The notes under the pieces: model-generated
Database searches by the model: none
What the model was told of the DNA's origin: nothing
Seen by the model: the letters and a program-made list of their open reading frames with translations, nothing else
Made by a program: the position numbers and the translations under genes
In this document: positions 14,746 through 19,487 of the stretch, in pieces
How the letters are laid out: the number at the start of each line of letters is the position of its first letter
How positions within the stretch are numbered: position 1 is the stretch's first letter
DNA from: a virus
Taxonomy: Duplodnaviria; Heunggongvirae; Uroviricota; Caudoviricetes
IMG/VR virus record: IMGVR_UViG_651053023_000006
Direction: 5' to 3' (one strand)
Length of the DNA stretch: 19,487 nucleotides

Positions 14746-15591
14746 TCAGATGGCTGATAGTTGCCCCGGATAATGCTTCGCAATGATGTCATTTAGCCGA
14801 TCAACCAGTTCCGGTTTTCTGAACGTGATGTGCGCGGAGCCCTTCTTAAAGTATCTGATGCTGAACATCTCATCTTCATAGCTCTCTTTACCCTGAACAG
14901 ACTGAATGTGATCATCCAGACGAATAGTGATGTTTTCCCGGTTGTCGGGGATCGGTTTGCCGCTGAACAGATGCAGCATTCTTTCCAGGTCGGCAAGTCG
15001 ATCGGCCTGTTGCCCGGTGATAAGATGAAACCCCCACCGGTCCCACCTCACCAGGTTGTTGACGATAATTTTACTGCTAAATTTGCAGGGGCAATTGGTT
15101 TTGTAATTCCAGCTCAGCCCTCTGAAGACGTTGATCACCCCTCGCTCAAACACCTCATCCTTATTCTGGTGCAGTTGTTCAAATGTGCTCAGAATGTTCG
15201 CTTCACTGATTTCCGGAAAATTATCGTACTCCAGTGACCGGTACCATGTATCACGGGCCTGCGCATCCATTAATGACAGCATCCCGGAACGTTGCATCAG
15301 ATCACGCCAGAGTTCGCGATCAAGATTGTGTGTGATGGCTTTCATTGCCGTTTCAGGTTTCTCCATGAGCCAGCAGCCACAGCGAAAATCCTGTTTCATC
15401 GCCCAGCCCAGTGCGGTTTTACCGCCAATACTTTCTGTCATTGCTGAGATTTCAGCCAGTTGCCGGATAAGTGTGTCGATTTGCAGCAGTGAACTCTTTC
15501 GTACAGCCAGAATGTGGCGGATACTGGTTGAGCAGATAACGTCCGTATGCCCGTTGACAACTTCCGGACGGGAGGCTGTGATATCAGACAT
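14746..15591 (-). CDS. Conserved hypothetical protein, distal gene of a CP4-type island
   Basis: 281-aa ORF, ATG at 15589-15591 with AGGA upstream. Context: downstream of a cbtA/cbeA-type module. Confidence 0.6.
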   Translation of the reverse strand: MSDITASRPEVVNGHTDVICSTSIRHILAVRKSSLLQIDTLIRQLAEISAMTESIGGKTALGWAMKQDFRCGCWLMEKPETAMKAITHNLDRELWRDLMQRSGMLSLMDAQARDTWYRSLEYDNFPEISEANILSTFEQLHQNKDEVFERGVINVFRGLSWNYKTNCPCKFSSKIIVNNLVRWDRWGFHLITGQQADRLADLERMLHLFSGKPIPDNRENITIRLDDHIQSVQGKESYEDEMFSIRYFKKGSAHITFRKPELVDRLNDIIAKHYPGQLSAI

Positions 15592-15675
15592 AATCGATAT
15601 TCCTTTTTGCAGATAAATGAAAACGCCAGCCCTGTTCAGGCTGGCGTCAGTGGAATGAAGTCTGGTGAGTAAGAC

Positions 15676-15873
15676 TCACCGGTTCTGTTGCAGAAGCTGC
15701 AGTTGGCGCAGGGTATGGATATCTTCCCTGGCCTGTTCAATGCAGGGCAGCAGTGCTGCCGAATCCATTTTATCCTCATCGTTGTCGAAGATAATTCCGG
15801 ATTCGCAGTCGATATTGTTCTGTAGCCACGCAATCAGAATATCCAGCGCCGTTTCTGTGGTTAATGATTCCAT
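15676..15873 (-). CDS. Small conserved hypothetical protein (about 65 aa)
   Basis: Track ORF 15676-16110 overlaps the upstream gene out of frame. Only the part from ATG 15871-15873 (MESLTTETALDILIAWLQNN...) is non-overlapping. Confidence 0.45.
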   Translation of the reverse strand: MESLTTETALDILIAWLQNNIDCESGIIFDNDEDKMDSAALLPCIEQAREDIHTLRQLQLLQQNR

Positions 15874-15892
15874 ACTGTGTCTTTTGTCCAGG

Positions 15893-16381
15893 TTACCAGT
15901 TGAAGGTGGGTAAACCCGGCAGGCATTCAGCGCTGGCATCCAGGTGAATGAGACTGACGCCATAACGCCGGATGAGTGTGACAACCAGACGACGGAATGT
16001 TTTTGACAGGCCCAGACGTTTAAGTTGCAGAACCGGGTATGACCACGCATCGGTACGTAACAGATATCCGCTACCGGTAAAATGAATCCATTCTGATTCG
16101 CCGAAGTCACTGGTCTGGTGTGACAGCGAGTACAACCAGGCGTTGTCTGTTTCCGTGATATGTGCGGTGCTGCAGCGTATACCGCTCAGGGCAGCGGAGG
16201 GTGGCATGCTGTCAGTTGCGGTCCGGTCAGATTCATCAACAACACGAAGGGAGTAGCCATTGTCGCAGGCCACGTTAATCAGTTCAGCAAGATTAACACC
16301 ATCGACGTCAACGACAATGCGCCCCATGTTCAGTGCCTGCACGTTAATGCTGTCGGCTTCCAGCGTCAGGGCCAGTTTCAT
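15893..16381 (-). CDS. YeeW-like hypothetical protein
   Basis: 162 aa. Its ATG (16379-16381) overlaps the stop of the upstream toxin gene as ATGA. Confidence 0.55.
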   Translation of the reverse strand: MKLALTLEADSINVQALNMGRIVVDVDGVNLAELINVACDNGYSLRVVDESDRTATDSMPPSAALSGIRCSTAHITETDNAWLYSLSHQTSDFGESEWIHFTGSGYLLRTDAWSYPVLQLKRLGLSKTFRRLVVTLIRRYGVSLIHLDASAECLPGLPTFNW

Positions 16382-16755
16382 TGTTTCGCCCCCGGATGTT
16401 TACCCAAGATAATGTTATTTACCGTTCTGTAATTGTCGCGGGCCATCAGGCCGGTTGCCCGGCGGGTCCGGAGGATATCAATACTGTTTATTAACTGAGA
16501 GCGGGTACAGGTGCTGAACCCCGGCTGGTCGGTTCGTACCAGTGCGTATTTTTCCACGAGAAAGTTCACCGCATCGCACAGTGAAATGCCTGCCTCAATA
16601 TGCTGCTCAATCACACGTTCATCGGCAAACGGTGTGTCATTCAGCGTGAGGCCGTAATGCTGGTCCAGCAGTCGGGTGAGCAGTATCTGCCAGATGGTGA
16701 CGGGAGACGGGCAGCGCGATGCCTCCCGTACATGCGTGTCGGGTAATGTTTTCAT
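16378..16755 (-). CDS. cbtA: CbtA-family type IV toxin (YeeV/YkfI/YpjF family)
   Basis: Track ORF trimmed to ATG 16753-16755 (125 aa, MKTLPDTHVREASRCPSPVTIWQILLTRLLDQHYGLTLNDTPFADERVIEQHIEAGISL...). Lies downstream of a CbeA-like antitoxin. Paralog assignment is uncertain. Confidence 0.8.
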   Translation of the reverse strand: MKTLPDTHVREASRCPSPVTIWQILLTRLLDQHYGLTLNDTPFADERVIEQHIEAGISLCDAVNFLVEKYALVRTDQPGFSTCTRSQLINSIDILRTRRATGLMARDNYRTVNNIILGKHPGAKQ

Positions 16756-16844
16756 ACTGAAGATTTTCCTGATATGCAGAGATGAAAAATGGAAAAGTGG
16801 CGTGGTGAAAACACCAGGCCGGAGCAGAAGGTTATTCTGGAGAG

Positions 16845-17213
16845 TTACTTTTTCGTTTCGGGCGTCGGATAAACAGCCATATAAACGTAGCCACAACTGC
16901 CGAGGGTGTCGGCTTCGCAGGTCAGCCCTTTTGCATACAGTGTCACGGTATGCTGATGGCGGGGGCTGAGTTCACCGCTGGTGAGCATGAGCTCCAGTTG
17001 TTTCATCAGCAGCGGAAAGGCCTGGTCCAGGTGGTACGAATCCGCGTCGCTGAACCGGCCTCTGATACCGGCGCGGTCTGCAAGGTAATGCAACCGGTTA
17101 CCCTCCTGCACCAGACGTGCACCGAAACAGGGCGTCACGGAGCAGGGTAGCCCCCACCAGGGGCGGTCGTTGTTATCGTCGGGATGCGTTGTCCCGGGGA
17201 GTGTGTCTGACAC
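16845..17213 (-). CDS. cbeA: CbeA-family antitoxin (YeeU/YfjZ/YafW family)
   Basis: 122 aa, GTG start at 17211-17213 with GAGGA 8 nt upstream. MSDTLPGTT...PWWGLPC...RLHYLADRAGIRG... matches the family as I remember it. Confidence 0.8.
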   Translation of the reverse strand: MSDTLPGTTHPDDNNDRPWWGLPCSVTPCFGARLVQEGNRLHYLADRAGIRGRFSDADSYHLDQAFPLLMKQLELMLTSGELSPRHQHTVTLYAKGLTCEADTLGSCGYVYMAVYPTPETKK

Positions 17214-17292
17214 GATAAAATCCTCACAGAAAATTGGTTAAGAATGGTCCGGTGGTGGCGATAATTCTGCTCTTCTGAATGCCTTTCCAGAC

Positions 17293-17514
17293 TCAGTTCA
17301 GGGTGACGCTCATCAGCCGGACATACGGACCAAAACTGTCCTTACGGCGTTCGGCAAACACGGCAAGAACGCCGGGAATATCCTGCACTTCACGACCGGT
17401 ATACGCCTCAGCACCGCCGTGCCAGCGGTATTTACCGGTACAGAACGGAAAAAGACGGGATGCAGGATGCTGACGGTGAATACGCATGGCTTCACCACAG
17501 GTGATGATTTTCAT
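17293..17514 (-). CDS. yeeT: YeeT-family small protein (DUF987)
   Basis: 73 aa (MKIITCGEAMRIHRQHPASRLFPFCTGKYRWHGGAEAYTGREVQDIPGVLAVFAERRKDSFGPYVRLMSVTLN), nearly identical in pattern to YeeT as I remember it. Confidence 0.8.
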   Translation of the reverse strand: MKIITCGEAMRIHRQHPASRLFPFCTGKYRWHGGAEAYTGREVQDIPGVLAVFAERRKDSFGPYVRLMSVTLN

Positions 17515-17600
17515 GAGAATAGTCCTCCTGAATGTGAAAGTAAGAAACAGCTGAGAAAGAGAAACTGAAGTGATATGAAGGTGATTGTGACGGTGACGGG

Positions 17601-18077
17601 TTAAAGCAGACCGTGTTCCGCAAAGGAGAAAACCTGGCTGCCACCGATTATCAGATGGTCCGGCACCCGGATGTCAACCAGGGCCAGTGCCTGTACCAGA
17701 CGTTCCGTAATAAGGCGGTCAGCCTTACTGGGTGTGACTTCACCGGACGGATGATTGTGTGCCAGTACCACGGCAGCGGCATTGTGGTGCAGGGCGCGTT
17801 TAATCACCTCCCGGGGATGGACTTCCGTGCGGTTGATGGTGCCTGTGAAGAGGGTTTCACCGGCAATCAGCTGATTCTGGTTGTTCAGATACAGCACCCG
17901 GAACTCTTCCCGCTCCAGTCCTGCCATGTTCAGAATCAGCCATTCCCGTGCCGCATGCGTGGAGGTGAAGGCCACACCGGGTTCATGAAGATGGCGGTCC
18001 AGGGTTTTCAGGGCCCGCTGAATGAGGCTGCGCTCACCGGGCGTCATCTCTCCTGGCAGAAAGGAAAGCTGTTGCAT
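17601..18077 (-). CDS. RadC-like JAB/MPN domain protein (YeeS/YfjY/YkfG family)
   Basis: Track ORF starts at GTG 18182; I prefer ATG 18075-18077 (158 aa). JAMM-like HNHPSGEVTPSKAD motif. Confidence 0.75.
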   Translation of the reverse strand: MQQLSFLPGEMTPGERSLIQRALKTLDRHLHEPGVAFTSTHAAREWLILNMAGLEREEFRVLYLNNQNQLIAGETLFTGTINRTEVHPREVIKRALHHNAAAVVLAHNHPSGEVTPSKADRLITERLVQALALVDIRVPDHLIIGGSQVFSFAEHGLL

Positions 18078-18091
18078 TGTTCCGGCCCCTT

Positions 18092-18577
18092 TCAGTCGAT
18101 GATGCGCATAATGGCGCTGCATTCCGGATGCTGCAGGGCGTAGTCCCGCAGACGGTAATAATGAACCGTCATGGCATAACACTCCGTACGACAGGCGTGA
18201 TGGCTGTATGTCATCAGACAGGCTGCAATGCCGGCGGCTTCCGGGCTCATTTCAGCGCGGTTACCGTTCATGGCATTGAACAGTACCCATGTTTCGTCAT
18301 CATCGTCATCCGGTTCGGGTGCCATAAATGCCCCTCCGTTATTCAGTGTGTACAGATTCCAGATACCACCGCAGTAGTCTTCACACAGACGGTCCATCCA
18401 GCCGAAGATACGGGGCTCCAGGGTCACCCACTGTGGGATGAGGCCAAAATGCTGCGGCCAGAAGCTGATACGTTGTTCATCAGGGACGAGGCTGGCAACC
18501 AGCTGAGGCTGGTTATTCCCTGATGCAGTGGTTACGGAAACAGAAGGTGTGGTTGAATTATGCGAAACGGTTGTCAT
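18092..18577 (-). CDS. Antirestriction protein (KlcA/ArdB-like, YfjX family)
   Basis: 161 aa, ATG 18575-18577 with AGGA RBS. Acidic patch (EPDDDDDE). Position between DUF932 and RadC-like genes is typical of CP4-type islands. Confidence 0.7.
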   Translation of the reverse strand: MTTVSHNSTTPSVSVTTASGNNQPQLVASLVPDEQRISFWPQHFGLIPQWVTLEPRIFGWMDRLCEDYCGGIWNLYTLNNGGAFMAPEPDDDDDETWVLFNAMNGNRAEMSPEAAGIAACLMTYSHHACRTECYAMTVHYYRLRDYALQHPECSAIMRIID

Positions 18578-18668
18578 GAGATTATTCCTTATAAAAAGTA
18601 AATGAATGGAAGAATGCCTGGGGGAAGGGACAGACGTGAGTCAGGGCTGCACTTTCAGGGAAACAGCA

Positions 18669-19487
18669 TCAGCGCATGCTCTCCAGCAGCGTTTCTGCCA
18701 TCACCCACAATGCGCGATTGAGCTTAATGTCCGTGTCGATGCTGTGAATGGCACGGGTGTGGATACGTTTTCCTTTAGCGCTGCGACCGGAAATCCCGCC
18801 TTTCAGCATATTTTCCTGGATGGTCTGATAAGCACTCCACAGGTCCTTACCGTAATCCTCCCGGCGTCGTGGCGTCAGAATGTCGGCGGTGGTGACGGGC
18901 TGATGTTCGTCACCATAACGGTAATTCAGTGCCGCCTGTGCCAGCGCCTGGCGTGCCGGTGGCGGTAAGACCAGAGACTGCATGGCATCACGCTTTTCCT
19001 CAATCCGGTCAAACACGCCCACCACCTCGTAAGCCCCTTCAATGACTCTGTCCACCACATTTCCCCGGTGTGGAACACTCACTTCCCCCAGAGACTGACC
19101 ACAGACGCAGCCGTTCTGGCAGACGAACCTGAAGTAACCCGGCAGCATCTGGTAGCTGGAGGTACCGTCATGGGAGTTCAGCAGGATGATTTCAGGGACA
19201 TGTTGTCCGTTTATCTCCCCGTCACGGCGCAGACGCAGCATGTGTCTGGTGTATCCCCGGCGGCCCGGGTCGCGCACGCGGGTCTGGCAGGCGAAGAATG
19301 GCTGAAAACCTTCCCGCTGCAGGTTTTCCAGTACGGTGATGGTGGGAATGTACGCATAGCGTTCACTACGGGAGGTATGCCGGTCTTCCCCAAAAATACT
19401 GGGTACATAGTGCATCAGTTCTTCGTGTGTCAGCGGACGGTCACGGCGTATCTGGTTTACATGACCAAAACGACTTGCTAATCGCAT
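18669..19487 (-). CDS. DUF932 family protein (YfjQ/YafZ-like)
   Basis: 272-aa ORF. Its ATG is the last three bases of the window (19485-19487), so the CDS appears complete but its upstream region is not visible. Confidence 0.7.
   Translation of the reverse strand: MRLASRFGHVNQIRRDRPLTHEELMHYVPSIFGEDRHTSRSERYAYIPTITVLENLQREGFQPFFACQTRVRDPGRRGYTRHMLRLRRDGEINGQHVPEIILLNSHDGTSSYQMLPGYFRFVCQNGCVCGQSLGEVSVPHRGNVVDRVIEGAYEVVGVFDRIEEKRDAMQSLVLPPPARQALAQAALNYRYGDEHQPVTTADILTPRRREDYGKDLWSAYQTIQENMLKGGISGRSAKGKRIHTRAIHSIDTDIKLNRALWVMAETLLESMR

Noticed and set aside
15131-15616. 161-aa plus-strand ORF inside the distal island gene, and the plus-strand ORF 17613-18143 inside the RadC-like gene
   Set aside because: Antisense shadow ORFs with Ser/Cys-rich products and no RBS.
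15676-16110. Full 144-aa extent of the minus-strand ORF
   Set aside because: Its N-terminal part overlaps the YeeW-like gene out of frame. Only the distal 65 aa from ATG 15873 are kept as a gene.
16378-16896. Full 172-aa extent of the CbtA-like ORF and the plus-strand ORF 16676-16969
   Set aside because: The N-terminal extension would overlap the antitoxin gene; the family size (about 124 aa) supports the internal ATG at 16755. The plus-strand ORF is antisense.
18606-19481. Plus-strand ORFs (18606-18968, 19068-19481) and minus-strand ORF 19211-19408 overlapping the DUF932-like gene
   Set aside because: Overlap a 272-aa ORF whose length matches the family; no independent support.
1-19487. 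CRISPR arrays, rRNA genes, IS elements
   Set aside because: No regularly spaced direct repeats with unique spacers, no rRNA-like sequence, and no transposase-like ORF with terminal inverted repeats were seen.

Overview
This window reads as a defective lambdoid prophage of the Rac/Qin type (about 1-14400) joined, via a CAU-anticodon tRNA, to the distal end of a CP4-type genomic island (14746-19487, all on the minus strand). Prophage order: int, xis, a large DEDDh exonuclease, a three-gene regulator/antitoxin/ParE-toxin operon in the repressor position, cro-like, a frameshifted cII/YdaT-like gene, an O-like initiator with internal iterons, a DnaC-like loader, two winged-helix proteins, then an AT-rich cargo island (about 8590-11905), then rem-like, DUF968, rusA and a Q-like antiterminator. 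No lysis, head or tail genes are present. The most interesting part is the cargo island, which holds two self-contained modules with no function I can assign: a ParA/MinD-like ATPase with an Arg in place of the signature Walker-A Lys, and a two-gene operon of an unknown 197-aa protein plus an XRE-HTH::ImmA/IrrE metallopeptidase fusion. They are separated by a 5'-truncated hok/gef toxin remnant, and the second module is bracketed by identical 23-bp terminator repeats. The island end carries a CbtA/CbeA-type toxin-antitoxin pair. Every call is from reading the sequence and the ORF track by eye and from remembered family motifs; no database search, HMM, folding or GC calculation was run, and some ORF-track starts are GTG/TTG rather than ATG, so start coordinates are partly re-assigned.
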